In this document: positions 47,092-56,415 of the stretch, in pieces | How positions within the stretch are numbered: the first letter of the stretch is position 1 | Layout of the letters: every line of letters starts with the position of its first letter | Assembly: GCA_963700145.1 (NCBI GenBank) | Contig: OY969474.1 | Coordinates: 1,248,001 to 1,312,000 of the forward strand | Direction: 5' to 3' | Length of the DNA stretch: 64,000 nt | Origin: an uncultured Acidobacteriota bacterium | Lineage (GTDB): Bacteria; Acidobacteriota; Thermoanaerobaculia; Multivoradales; UBA5704 | The notes under the pieces: model-generated | Told to the model about the DNA's origin: nothing | The model's input: the letters and a program-made list of their open reading frames with translations, nothing else | Database searches by the model: none | Made by a program: the position numbers and the translations under genes

Positions 47092-48471
47092 ATGTTCGAG
47101 GCCAGGCTCGACGAAGCTCCCGTGAAGCGCCGGTTCGGCGATTCGCTGGCGGTCAAGCTGCTGACGATCGGGTTCCTGATCCTGCTGCTGCTCATCCCGC
47201 TGGCGATGGTGCGCTCGCTGGTCGCCGAGCGGCAGGGGCGCAGCGCCACGGCCGCCGGCGAGGTGGCGGCCTCGTGGGGGGGCGAGCAGACCCTCGGCGG
47301 CCCGGTGCTGACGGTCCCTTACCGGATGCGGTGGCAGGACTCCGAAGGGAAGACGGTCGAGACGATACAGCTCGCCCACTTCCTGCCCGAGCGGCTGCGC
47401 GTCGAGGGGGAGCTGCGCCCCGAGCGGCGGCGGCGCGGCATCTTCGAGACCGTGGTCTACCGCGCCGAGCTGCGGATCGCCGGCGCCTTCCGGCGCCCGG
47501 ACCTCGCGGGCTGGGAGGTGGCGGCGCCGGACGTGCTCTGGGAGAAGGCGGCGGTGTCGGTCGGCGTGCCCGACCCGCGCGGCATCCGCCAGGGGCTGGT
47601 CCTGCGCTGGGGCGAGCGCGAGCTGCCGCTCGAGCCGGGGAGCGGCGCCGCCGATCTCTGGAAGTCCGGCGTGCGCACCGTGGTGCCGGGGCTCAGGGAG
47701 AGCGCCGCGAACGCCGCGATCCCCTTCTCCTTGGCCCTCGGGCTCAACGGCAGCGGCCGGCTCTCGGTGCTGCCCTTCGGCAAGGAGACGGTCGTGCGGC
47801 TGCGCTCGAGCTGGCCGCACCCGAGCTTCGCCGGCGCCTTCCTGCCGGAGACACGCACGGTGAGCGACCGCGGCTTCGACGCCCTCTGGCGCGTCTCCTG
47901 GTTCGGCCGCAGCTACCCGCAGCAGTGGCGCGCGGGCGACGCCGAGAGCCTGGCGCACGCCAGCGCCGCCGAGGTCTCGGCATTCGGCGTCGAGCTGTTC
48001 CTCCCCGCCGACGGCTACCAGCAGACCGAGCGCTCGCTCAAGTACGGGATCCTCTTCGTCGCCCTCACCTTCCTCGCCTTCTTCCTCTGCGAGACCTTCA
48101 ACCCGTTCGCGATCCACGCCGTGCAGTACCTGTTGGTCGGCTTCGCGCTCTGTATCTTCTATTTGCTGCTGCTGTCGCTGTCGGAGGTGCTGCCCTTCGG
48201 CGCCGCCTACGCGGCGGCGGCCGCCGCCACGGTCCTGCTGATCGCCGCCTACGGCGCGGCGGCCCTGCACGGCTGGCGGCGCGGAGCGCTCGTCGGCGGC
48301 GTGCTGGCGGTGCTCTACGGCTATCTCTGGTGCCTGCTGCGGGCGGAGGACCGGAGCCTGCTGCTGGGCTCAGTCGGGCTCTTCCTGATCCTGGCCCTCG
48401 TCATGTACCTGACCCGGCGGATCGACTGGCACGCGCCACGGCGGGCGCGCGGGGCTGTGGAGGGAGGTTGA
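47092..48471 (+). CDS. creD: Inner-membrane protein CreD
   Basis: AAAGGAG SD; LLIPL..V..LV.ER, WPHPSF.GAFLP, RSLKYGILF, QYLLVG...LLLSLSE, MYLTRRIDW. Confidence 0.92.
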   Translation: MFEARLDEAPVKRRFGDSLAVKLLTIGFLILLLLIPLAMVRSLVAERQGRSATAAGEVAASWGGEQTLGGPVLTVPYRMRWQDSEGKTVETIQLAHFLPERLRVEGELRPERRRRGIFETVVYRAELRIAGAFRRPDLAGWEVAAPDVLWEKAAVSVGVPDPRGIRQGLVLRWGERELPLEPGSGAADLWKSGVRTVVPGLRESAANAAIPFSLALGLNGSGRLSVLPFGKETVVRLRSSWPHPSFAGAFLPETRTVSDRGFDALWRVSWFGRSYPQQWRAGDAESLAHASAAEVSAFGVELFLPADGYQQTERSLKYGILFVALTFLAFFLCETFNPFAIHAVQYLLVGFALCIFYLLLLSLSEVLPFGAAYAAAAAATVLLIAAYGAAALHGWRRGALVGGVLAVLYGYLWCLLRAEDRSLLLGSVGLFLILALVMYLTRRIDWHAPRRARGAVEGG

Positions 48472-48937
48472 CCCGATCCAACGGACGGCGCCTTTACGGC
48501 TTCTGCCGCGAAATCTCGTCCGCCGACCGCTGCGGTGCGCTTTTCAGCCGCGGGACCAGTCACCACGGGCTCCATGGATGGCCCTTGAGCCGCGACACTG
48601 ATCCGGTACACCGCGAAGGAAGGATCGCTTGCGGTTGTTGAGGCTTCCCTGGCCACTAGTTCGGACGAATTAGCGTCGAATGCTAGCACTTTCGCGGTTT
48701 TATGGCGCGCCACGGTGGACAACACCGCTTGTTCGCGGCCGAAATGAGCCGACCGCGGCCCTGTATGGAGCCGCTCGCGACCTGCATCCAGACGCCGGCT
48801 CCTGCACTGCCAGTCCTAGCCTCGAATTGTCTGGACGTAAGCGTCGCGGAAAGGTCCCTCGCGGCAGGCTCTTCTTATTCCGCGGCCGAAACGGGAGAAT
48901 TCGCGGCGTCCCGCCTCCGCCGGGTTTTTTCTCCCGC

Positions 48938-49726
48938 TCAGCTCTCCAGCCCGTAAAAGCAGCGCCCGGTCGCGAGATCGGGGAGGAAGGCCGTGACCCG
49001 GTAGCCAGCCGCGAGGTAGTGCTGGAGGGCGCGCCGGGTGGACTGGCGCCAGCGCGGGGCGGCTTCCGGGTCGGCGTTCTTCAGGTCCTGGATCGAGCGC
49101 GGGATCTCGACGCGCACGCGCGGGGCGCCTGGAAGCTCGACGGCGTCATTCACCACCGGCGCGTCCGCGAAGCGCTCAGGTTCTTCCGGGAGCCGCCCGG
49201 CGAGAGCGGCGGCGGTGCGCTCGCCGGCGAGGCGCCAGGAGACGATGAAGCGGTCGGTGCCGATGCCTCGCGCCAGCTCGCTGCCGATGTCGCCGCCGTA
49301 CATCTCCTCGACGTACTCGATCGGCTCGGCGCCCAGGCGGTTCAAGTTGAGGTGCGCGTTGCGGGCCTCGAGCGGGTCGTAGGTCCACTCCGCTTCCTCG
49401 ACGCCGAGCTCCAGCAACAGCTCGCGCTGGTAGAGCTTGAGCCGGCGCCCGAGCCCGAGGTCGCGCGCCTCGGGGCGGACGGCGAGCATCTTCGACCAAT
49501 GCACCGGCCTGCCGCCGCGCAGGCCGGTGAAGCCGAGCACGAACCCGAGCATGCGCCCCGCCGGATCGAACGCGCCGGCCGCGACGCCGCCGATCCGCTG
49601 CGTCACCTTGATGACGCTCGCCGGCACCCGCTCCTCGAAGTCCGCGCCCCAGGTCTCCTTCTGGAGGTCCACGCACGCCTTGCGATCCGCCTCGCTGGCG
49701 AACGGACGGAGAATCACCTCGCTCAC
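48938..49726 (-). CDS. GNAT acyltransferase (NAAAR-associated type)
   Basis: HWSKMLAVRP..R..GLG..LK..QR, WTYDPL..RNA.LN..RLG, TDRF.V.W. Confidence 0.85.
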   Translation of the reverse strand: MSEVILRPFASEADRKACVDLQKETWGADFEERVPASVIKVTQRIGGVAAGAFDPAGRMLGFVLGFTGLRGGRPVHWSKMLAVRPEARDLGLGRRLKLYQRELLLELGVEEAEWTYDPLEARNAHLNLNRLGAEPIEYVEEMYGGDIGSELARGIGTDRFIVSWRLAGERTAAALAGRLPEEPERFADAPVVNDAVELPGAPRVRVEIPRSIQDLKNADPEAAPRWRQSTRRALQHYLAAGYRVTAFLPDLATGRCFYGLES

Positions 49727-50085
49727 GGCCGGCGATCCTGGGACGGCACCCCGAAGGTGATCTCGAGCTCGACCGTGGTGCCGAGGGCTCGCGCCCACTC
49801 GCGCAGGAAGCGCACGGTGGGATTGCTGTTGGCCTGCTCGGCCTGCGAAATGGCCTGCTGGCGGCAGCCGAGCTTTTCCGCCAGCGCGGCTTGGGAGAGC
49901 CCGGCCCGCTCACGCGCCTCCCGCAAAAGGTAGCCGACCGGCGACTCCTCCCACGCCGGCAGCTTCCCCCAACGGCGGAGAGCGGCCCACTCGGGGTACA
50001 CCCGTGGTCGCCGGCGCTTGAGCCCAGGAGGAAGCGGCGGCAGGGAACGCCGTGGGGGCATCGTGAACGTTCTCATTCTCGCCAT
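49723..50085 (-). CDS. XRE-family HTH protein
   Basis: LREARERAGLSQAALAEKLG..QQAISQAE..NPT; start uncertain. Confidence 0.8.
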   Translation of the reverse strand: MARMRTFTMPPRRSLPPLPPGLKRRRPRVYPEWAALRRWGKLPAWEESPVGYLLREARERAGLSQAALAEKLGCRQQAISQAEQANSNPTVRFLREWARALGTTVELEITFGVPSQDRRP

Positions 50086-50192
50086 CCTCGGGCCTCGCTG
50101 AGATCTTCAGGTGGATCGGAGCACAACGTATAGATTGTACGCGCGAGCAGGCGCGCCAGTCCTCGAGCTTGCTCCGTCGTAAGCTCCGCCCC

Positions 50193-51905
50193 ATGACCGA
50201 CCCCCGCCCGGCGTTGCCGCCGTCGCCGCCGGCGCGGATCGACTTTCGGCGGTATCGCAAGCTGCGGCGCTTCGTCGCCTCCGTCTTTCTCCACGCCCTC
50301 TGGTGGGACCTGCTGCTCAACCGGCCGGGGCTTTCCGTCTTCCGGCCGCCGGCGATCGTGCGCTGGCGGCGGATCGCGCGGCGCTACCGGGCGCTGGCGG
50401 TCGAGATGGGGGGCGTGCTGATCAAGCTCGGGCAGTTCCTCTCGGTGCGCGTGGATCTGCTGCCGGCCGAGGTGATCGGCGAGCTCTCCGGCCTGCAGGA
50501 CGAGGTCCCTCCGGCCCCCTACCCCGCCGTCCTGGCGCAGGTCGAGGCGGAGCTGGGGCGGCCGGTCGGCGCCGTCTTCGCCCGCTTCGAGCCGGTCCCG
50601 GTCGGCGCCGCCTCGCTGGCGCAGGTGCACGCCGCGGCCCTGCCCTCGGGAGAAGCGGTCGTCGTCAAGGTGCTGCGGCCGGGGATCGAGGTGCTGGTCG
50701 AGACCGACCTCGCGGCGGTCGGGCTCGCGCTGCGCCTGCTCGCCTGGTCGCGCACCGTGCGCCGGCGCGTCGACCTCCGCCGCCTCGGGCAGGAGATCAA
50801 CGCCACCACCCGGCGGGAGCTGGACCTCACGGCCGAGGGCAAGCACGCCGAGCGCTTCGCCGCCGACTTCGCCGGCGACCCGCGGGTGATCGTGCCGCGC
50901 ATCCACTGGCCGCAGACGACGCGCCGGACGCTGACCATGGAGGACGTGGCGGCGATCAAGATCAGCGACCTGCCCGCCCTCGAAGCGGCCGGCATCGACC
51001 GCGGCGCCGTCGCCCGCACGCTCTACGACCTCTACATGCGGCAGATCTTCGAGCACCACTTCGTGCACGCCGACCCGCACCCGGGGAACCTCTTCGTTCA
51101 CCCCCTGCCCCCGGGCGGCGAGGCCGCGGCTCCCAGCGACGGCGGCACGCCCTTCCGCATCGCCTTCGTCGACTTCGGCATGGTGGCGACCGTCCCCGAG
51201 CGCCTGCGCGAGCCGCTGCGCGAGTACGCCATCGCCCTCGCCACCCGCGACGCGGCGCGCATGGTGCGCTCCTACGAGACCGCGGGCGTGCTCCTCCCCG
51301 GCGCCGACCTCAACCGCCTGATCGAGATCCACGAGGACCTCTTCGAGCGCTTCTGGGGCGTGCGCATCGGCGACCTCCGCGAGGTGGCCATCGCCGAGGC
51401 GCGCTACTTCCTGCGGCAGTACCGCGACCTGCTCTACGAGATCCCGTTCCAGGTGCAGGTGGACATGCTCTTCGTCTCGCGCGCGGTGGGCCTCCTCTCG
51501 GGCCTGTCGACGACGCTCGACCCGACCTTCGATCCCTGGGCCGCCACCATGCCCTTCGCCGAGCGGCTGGCGCGCGAGGAGCTGCGGCGCGGCTGGCGCG
51601 ACTGGGTGGAGGAAGGGACCGAGCAGGGACGGGCACTCTTCTCCATGCCGCGGCGGCTGGAGCGGCTGATCGGCCAGCTCGAGCGCGGCGATCTGCAGGT
51701 CGAGGCGGCGCTCGCCGCCGACACCCGCCGCGCCGTGCACCGGCTGGAGCGCGCCGTCCTCCGCCTGGCCTGGATGGCGACCGGCGCGGCGTTCCTCATC
51801 GCCGCCACCGTCGTCCACGTCGTCCGCCCGGAGCAGGCGCTCGACGCCTGGCTCTTCGCCGCGGCGGGGGTGGCGCTGCTCTGGGGAGTGCTCTTCCGGC
51901 GGTGA
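50193..51905 (+). CDS. ABC1/AarF/UbiB-family atypical kinase
   Basis: IKLGQFLS.R.DL, LQD.VPP, AASLAQVH, VKV.RP, HADPHPGN, DFGM. Confidence 0.92.
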   Translation: MTDPRPALPPSPPARIDFRRYRKLRRFVASVFLHALWWDLLLNRPGLSVFRPPAIVRWRRIARRYRALAVEMGGVLIKLGQFLSVRVDLLPAEVIGELSGLQDEVPPAPYPAVLAQVEAELGRPVGAVFARFEPVPVGAASLAQVHAAALPSGEAVVVKVLRPGIEVLVETDLAAVGLALRLLAWSRTVRRRVDLRRLGQEINATTRRELDLTAEGKHAERFAADFAGDPRVIVPRIHWPQTTRRTLTMEDVAAIKISDLPALEAAGIDRGAVARTLYDLYMRQIFEHHFVHADPHPGNLFVHPLPPGGEAAAPSDGGTPFRIAFVDFGMVATVPERLREPLREYAIALATRDAARMVRSYETAGVLLPGADLNRLIEIHEDLFERFWGVRIGDLREVAIAEARYFLRQYRDLLYEIPFQVQVDMLFVSRAVGLLSGLSTTLDPTFDPWAATMPFAERLAREELRRGWRDWVEEGTEQGRALFSMPRRLERLIGQLERGDLQVEAALAADTRRAVHRLERAVLRLAWMATGAAFLIAATVVHVVRPEQALDAWLFAAAGVALLWGVLFRR

Positions 51906-52504
51906 GCGGCGAGGGGCCGTGGGACCCGGAGCAGGTCTACGCGGCGCGGCGGCGGCAGCCGCGGCTCTGGCCCTGGCTGCTCCTGGTCGCCGGCATCGCG
52001 GCGGCGGGCGTGGCGCTCTTCACGCTCCTGCCGCGCTGGAGCGGGCGCCTTCCCTGGTTGCAGGGCGGGCGCGGCGGCGGCAATGCGAGCGCCGGTGAGG
52101 CGGTGGCGCCGCGCCCGCGGCCGCCGCGGCCCGGCGCCGCCGAGCTGCGGACCGAGGGGCGGCGCGAGTTCACGGGCTACGCCCGCGCCGCCTGCACGCC
52201 GCACGACGGGGCCGGCTTGCAGGTGGCGCTGCGCACCGGCACGGCCGAGCTGCCGGTCGTGGCGCTGGTGGTGTCGGGGTTCGACGGTGCCGGCAGCTAC
52301 ACCGGGCGCGTCTTCTTGACCGCGCGCGGCCCGCGCGGCGCGCTGGTGCGCTCGACCGGCGCGGCCGAGCTGGAGGTCGAGCGCCGGAGCGCCCGCGGCC
52401 GGCGCAGCGCGCTCGCCGGCCGCTTCGAGGGACGCTACGCCGGCGCGGCCGGCGCCGGCACGCTCCGCGGCCGCTTCGAGCGCTGCCTCTTCACCGCTCC
52501 CTGA
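51902..52504 (+). CDS. Membrane-anchored hypothetical protein
   Basis: GTGA overlap with the previous stop; TM LWPWLLLVAGIAAAGVALF; beta-rich domain. Confidence 0.65.
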   Translation: MSGEGPWDPEQVYAARRRQPRLWPWLLLVAGIAAAGVALFTLLPRWSGRLPWLQGGRGGGNASAGEAVAPRPRPPRPGAAELRTEGRREFTGYARAACTPHDGAGLQVALRTGTAELPVVALVVSGFDGAGSYTGRVFLTARGPRGALVRSTGAAELEVERRSARGRRSALAGRFEGRYAGAAGAGTLRGRFERCLFTAP

Positions 52505-52569
52505 GCGGCGCTGCAACGTTTCACCCGCCCTTTTCCGTCTACTCCGGGGCCACCACACGGAGGAGACCC

Positions 52570-52941
52570 ATGATCCAGGAACGCGCCTACCCCGCCCTCG
52601 ACGCTGTCCACGCCCTCTTGATCGCCGCCCACGAGGCGACCCGCTTCCTGAGCGGGCCCGACCTGGGCGGCCTGGTCGCGCGCCTGCGGCGCACCGCCGC
52701 CGGCGCCCACGAGGCCGTCCTCTACGCCTCCCGCCGGCTCGACGACCCCGCCGGCCGCGACGAGCTGCTGCGCGCCCGCGAGCTGCTCGTGGAGCTGGCC
52801 GACGACGTCGCGGTCGCGCGCCTCCAGGGCCTCGACTACGCCGCGGCCGCGGACCTGCTGGAGTACCAGAGCCAGGCCAGCTTGGCGCTCGCCGCGCTCG
52901 ACGGCGAGCTGCGCTTGCAGATGGAAGCGTGCGCGGCGTGA
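52570..52941 (+). CDS. Four-helix-bundle protein (IVP/S23-like, divergent)
   Basis: GGAGGAG SD; pattern AHEATRF...GL..RLRRTA resembling four-helix-bundle proteins. Confidence 0.6.
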   Translation: MIQERAYPALDAVHALLIAAHEATRFLSGPDLGGLVARLRRTAAGAHEAVLYASRRLDDPAGRDELLRARELLVELADDVAVARLQGLDYAAAADLLEYQSQASLALAALDGELRLQMEACAA

Positions 52942-53020
52942 GGCCGCGCCGAGGACGCCGCGGCGGATCTGTTATAAAGACTGCATAGCAGCCGCGAGGT
53001 AATCGCTTCCGAAGCCGGCG

Positions 53021-53689
53021 ATGGCGATCGAGCTGAAGAGTGTGTTCGTGAGCAGCACCTCCGACCTGCTCGAAGAGCGGGAGACGGTGCGCAGCGTGAT
53101 CCGCGACTATCAGATCGAACGCCAGCTCCTGCCCTACATCTCCGACTCCGACATGCGGCCGGGCGCCACGCCCGAGGAGCGGCTCCGCGAGGAGATCCGC
53201 AACGCCGATCTCTTCATGATGATCCTCGGCGGCAGGTTCGGCTCGCTCCACCCCAAGGCCGCGACGCAGCCGCCGCCGTCGATCTGCGAGTGGGAGTTCG
53301 AGGAGGCCCGGAGACGGGGACTGACCATGCTGTCCCTGGAGAAGGTGCTGCCCGCCGAGACCATCGAGGAGCCGCAGCGCCGCTTCCGCGACCAGGTCCG
53401 CCAGTTCTCCTCCGGCGTCTGGCGCAAGACCTTCTCCAACCGCGACGAGCTCGCCAGGATCCTGGTCGGCGTGCTCATCGCCTGGGCCCTCTCCGAGAAG
53501 CGGTCTGTGCAGCGCATGGAGGTCCTCGCCTGGGCGATCCTCGCGCTCGGGGTAGCCCTCGTCGTCTCCCTGCAGTGGCTGGACAACAACAGCGTCTCGC
53601 GCGCCTTCCCCGCCGGCGGCGTCGCCATGATCGCCGTCGCGCTCCTCGGCTTCGCGGGACAGAACCTGATTCGGATGATCCGCCGATGA
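53021..53689 (+). CDS. DUF4062-domain protein with two C-terminal TM helices
   Basis: VFVSST.DL.EER, EEIR.ADLF..ILGGRFGS, SICEWEFEEA; hydrophobic C-terminus. Confidence 0.82.
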   Translation: MAIELKSVFVSSTSDLLEERETVRSVIRDYQIERQLLPYISDSDMRPGATPEERLREEIRNADLFMMILGGRFGSLHPKAATQPPPSICEWEFEEARRRGLTMLSLEKVLPAETIEEPQRRFRDQVRQFSSGVWRKTFSNRDELARILVGVLIAWALSEKRSVQRMEVLAWAILALGVALVVSLQWLDNNSVSRAFPAGGVAMIAVALLGFAGQNLIRMIRR

Positions 53690-54432
53690 GCGAAGCTCTC
53701 CCGCCGCCGCAGCAGCAGCAGGATGCCGACATCGCCACCATGGCCGCCGACCTGGCCAAGCGGCGCCGGCGCCTCCAGCTCCTCAATCTCGCGATCCTGC
53801 TCGTGCCGCTGGCGGCCGGCGTGATCTTCCTCGCCTTCGGGAGGAACCACAACGAGAGGGTCGTCGAGTCCGTCACCGAGAAGGCCTCTTCGAGAGTCGC
53901 GGCGACGGTCGAGAATGCCGTGCCGCGGGCCGTCGATGCGGTGGCCAAGGTGAGCGTCCCGCGGGAGGTCAAGGCGTCGCTCAAGGAGACCGTGCTCCCG
54001 GCGGTCCGGACAACGGTCGCACAGACGGTCCCGCTAAGGGTGGAGGAAGCGCTGACCAAGGCTCAGGTCACAGAACGGCTCGATACGCTCGAGACCCAGG
54101 CGCTCGAGACTGCCCCGTCGGCGTCTGCCGAGCGCATCAGGGAAGTTGAGAAAGACCTCGCCGATCTGAAAGAGCGGCTCACCACCCAGGAGAAGACGCT
54201 CAAGACGCACACGCGGCAGATCGAAGGCCTGGGGCGGGTCCGAGGCCTCTCCGCAGAGGACCTGATCCGACGTCTCAAAGAGGCCGAAGCGCGCTTGCAG
54301 GCAATCCCCTCCGGCCTGGACGAGTTGCCAAACCTGCCCAGACCCATGCGGGAAGGCCTGAGGAACGTCGGCCAGGTGCGCGAGGACCTGCAGGAGCTGC
54401 GGGAGCTGCTCGAGCGGGCGAACCAGGAGTGA
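53686..54432 (+). CDS. Single-TM coiled-coil protein
   Basis: ATGA overlap; TM LLNLAILLVPLAAGVIFLAF; about 12-residue VP repeats, then heptad coiled coil. Confidence 0.75.
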   Translation: MSEALPPPQQQQDADIATMAADLAKRRRRLQLLNLAILLVPLAAGVIFLAFGRNHNERVVESVTEKASSRVAATVENAVPRAVDAVAKVSVPREVKASLKETVLPAVRTTVAQTVPLRVEEALTKAQVTERLDTLETQALETAPSASAERIREVEKDLADLKERLTTQEKTLKTHTRQIEGLGRVRGLSAEDLIRRLKEAEARLQAIPSGLDELPNLPRPMREGLRNVGQVREDLQELRELLERANQE

Positions 54433-54442
54433 GGAGGGCCGC

Positions 54443-55201
54443 TCAGCCCCCGAGCACGCTGCCGCCGTTGACGCTCAGCACCTCGCCGGTGATGTGGCGG
54501 GCGAGCGGCGAGGCCAGGAAGAGGACCGGGCCGGCGATGTCGTCGGGGTCGGCGACCCGGCCGAGCGGGATCGAGGCGGCGACCTCGCGCCCGGCCTCGC
54601 CGGCCAGGGCCGCGGCCGTCATGTCGGTCGCCACCCAGCCGGGGGCGACGGCGTTGACGCGCACCCGCGGCGCCAGCTCGCTCGCCCAGGCCCTGGTGGC
54701 GGCGATGACGGCGCCCTTGCTCGCCGCGTAAGGGCTGTAGAAGGCCTCGCCGCGCTGCCCGGCGGTCGAGCTGACGTTGACGATGTTGCCGTCCGGCGAG
54801 CGCTCGAGGAGCGGCAGGGCGCCGCGGGCGCAGAGGAAGGGGCCGACGACGTTGACCTCGAGGGTGGCGCGCAGCTCGCCGCTGTCGAGCTCGCGCAGCG
54901 GGTTGTGCACCCAGACGCCGGCGTTGTTGACCAGGCAGTCGAGCGCCCCCCACTCGCGGGCGACGTGCTCGAAGAGCGCCGCCACCTGGTCCTCCTGCGT
55001 GACGTTGCAGCGGAACATCCGGTGCGGGCGGTGCGGCGCGAGGGCGGTCAGCTCGGCGAGGAGGCGCTTGGCCTTCGCCTCGCTCGCCACGTAGTGGACA
55101 AGCACGGCGGCGCCCGCCCGCGCGAACGCCCGGCAGCAGGCGGCGCCGATGCCGCGGCTCGCCCCGGTGACCAGGACGTGCCGGCCGGAAAGGTCGATCA
55201 C
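54443..55201 (-). CDS. SDR oxidoreductase (FabG-like)
   Basis: VTGASRGIG, NNAG, YAASK, VNAVAPG, ITGEVLSVNGG. Confidence 0.9.
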   Translation of the reverse strand: MIDLSGRHVLVTGASRGIGAACCRAFARAGAAVLVHYVASEAKAKRLLAELTALAPHRPHRMFRCNVTQEDQVAALFEHVAREWGALDCLVNNAGVWVHNPLRELDSGELRATLEVNVVGPFLCARGALPLLERSPDGNIVNVSSTAGQRGEAFYSPYAASKGAVIAATRAWASELAPRVRVNAVAPGWVATDMTAAALAGEAGREVAASIPLGRVADPDDIAGPVLFLASPLARHITGEVLSVNGGSVLGG

Positions 55202-56391
55202 GAGGTTGATTCGACGACCAGCGCGATCCCCTGCCCGCCGCCGATGCAGGCCGACGCCACGCCGACGCCGCCGCCGCGCCGCCGCAGCTCCTTGAGCACG
55301 GTCAGCACCAGGCGCGTGCCGGTCGCCCCGAGCGGATGGCCGAGCGCCACGGCGCCGCCGTTGACGTTGAGCTTGGCCGGGTCGAGCTCCAGCTCCTTCA
55401 GCACCGCCAGGATCTGGCCGGCGAAGGCCTCGTTGATCTCGAAGAGGGTGACGTCGTCGAGCGTCATGCCGGCCTTGGCCAGGGCGGCGCGGATCGCCGG
55501 CGCCGGGCCGATCCCCATGCGCGAGGGCTCGACGCCGACGACCGCCCAGGAGACCAGCCGCCCGAGCGGCGACCAGCCGCGCTCGCGCGCCCGCTCGGCG
55601 GTCGAGAGCAGCATCATGGCCGCGCCGTCGACGATCCCGGAGGCGTTGCCGGCGGTGACGAAGCCGTCCTTGTCGAAGGCGGGCGGCAGGCCTTCGAGGT
55701 CCTCCATCGTCGTCCCGGGGCGCATGTGGTCGTCGCGGTCGATGGTCTTCGCCCGCTTGCCGCTGCCCACCTCGACCGGCACGACCTCCTCGGCCAGCCG
55801 GCCGCTCTCCCAGGCCGCAGCGGCCCGCTTCTGCGAGCAGAGCGCGAATTCGTCCTGCTCGCGGCGGGAGATGCCGTAGTCGCGCGCCAGGTTGTTGCTG
55901 GTCTGCGCCATGTAGCAGCCGCACCAGCTGTCCATGAGCGAGACCATGAGGAGGTCCTGGAGCTGCCCCTGGCCGAGCTTGAAGCCCTTGCGCGCGCCCC
56001 AGATGACGTGCGGCGCCTGGCTCATGTTCTCCATGCCGCCGACCAGGACGGTGGTGCCGTCGCCGGTGAGGATCGACTGCGCGCCCGAGAGGATGGACTG
56101 CACGCCGGAGCCGCAGAGGCGATTGACGGTGAGCGCCGGCACCTCCTTCGGCACCCCGGCCTGGAGCGCCACGTGGCGGGCGCCGTAGATGGCGTCGGCG
56201 GAGGTCTGCAGGGCGTTGCCGACGACGACGTGGTCGAGCTCCGCCGGGTCGGCGCCGGTGCGCTCGAAGAGGGCGCGCGCGGCGCGGGCGCCGAGCTCGA
56301 TCGCCGAGAGGTCTGCGAAGGACCCGTTGTACTCGGCCATCGGGGTGCGCACCCCGTCGACGAGCACCAGGTCGCGAATTGCGAGGGACAT
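55198..56391 (-). CDS. Acetyl-CoA C-acyltransferase (thiolase)
   Basis: NRLCGSG, NEAFA, GHPLGATG, CIGGGQG. Confidence 0.95.
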   Translation of the reverse strand: MSLAIRDLVLVDGVRTPMAEYNGSFADLSAIELGARAARALFERTGADPAELDHVVVGNALQTSADAIYGARHVALQAGVPKEVPALTVNRLCGSGVQSILSGAQSILTGDGTTVLVGGMENMSQAPHVIWGARKGFKLGQGQLQDLLMVSLMDSWCGCYMAQTSNNLARDYGISRREQDEFALCSQKRAAAAWESGRLAEEVVPVEVGSGKRAKTIDRDDHMRPGTTMEDLEGLPPAFDKDGFVTAGNASGIVDGAAMMLLSTAERARERGWSPLGRLVSWAVVGVEPSRMGIGPAPAIRAALAKAGMTLDDVTLFEINEAFAGQILAVLKELELDPAKLNVNGGAVALGHPLGATGTRLVLTVLKELRRRGGGVGVASACIGGGQGIALVVESTS

Positions 56392-56415
56392 GCGGTCTCC
56401 TTGGGTTGGTCCGAG

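Noticed and set aside
48472-48937. ORFs or ncRNA in the creD-GNAT spacer
   Set aside because: No SD, motif or convincing structure recognised; left unannotated.
52570-52941. Avd of a diversity-generating retroelement
   Set aside because: No reverse transcriptase or TR/VR pair was seen in the window.
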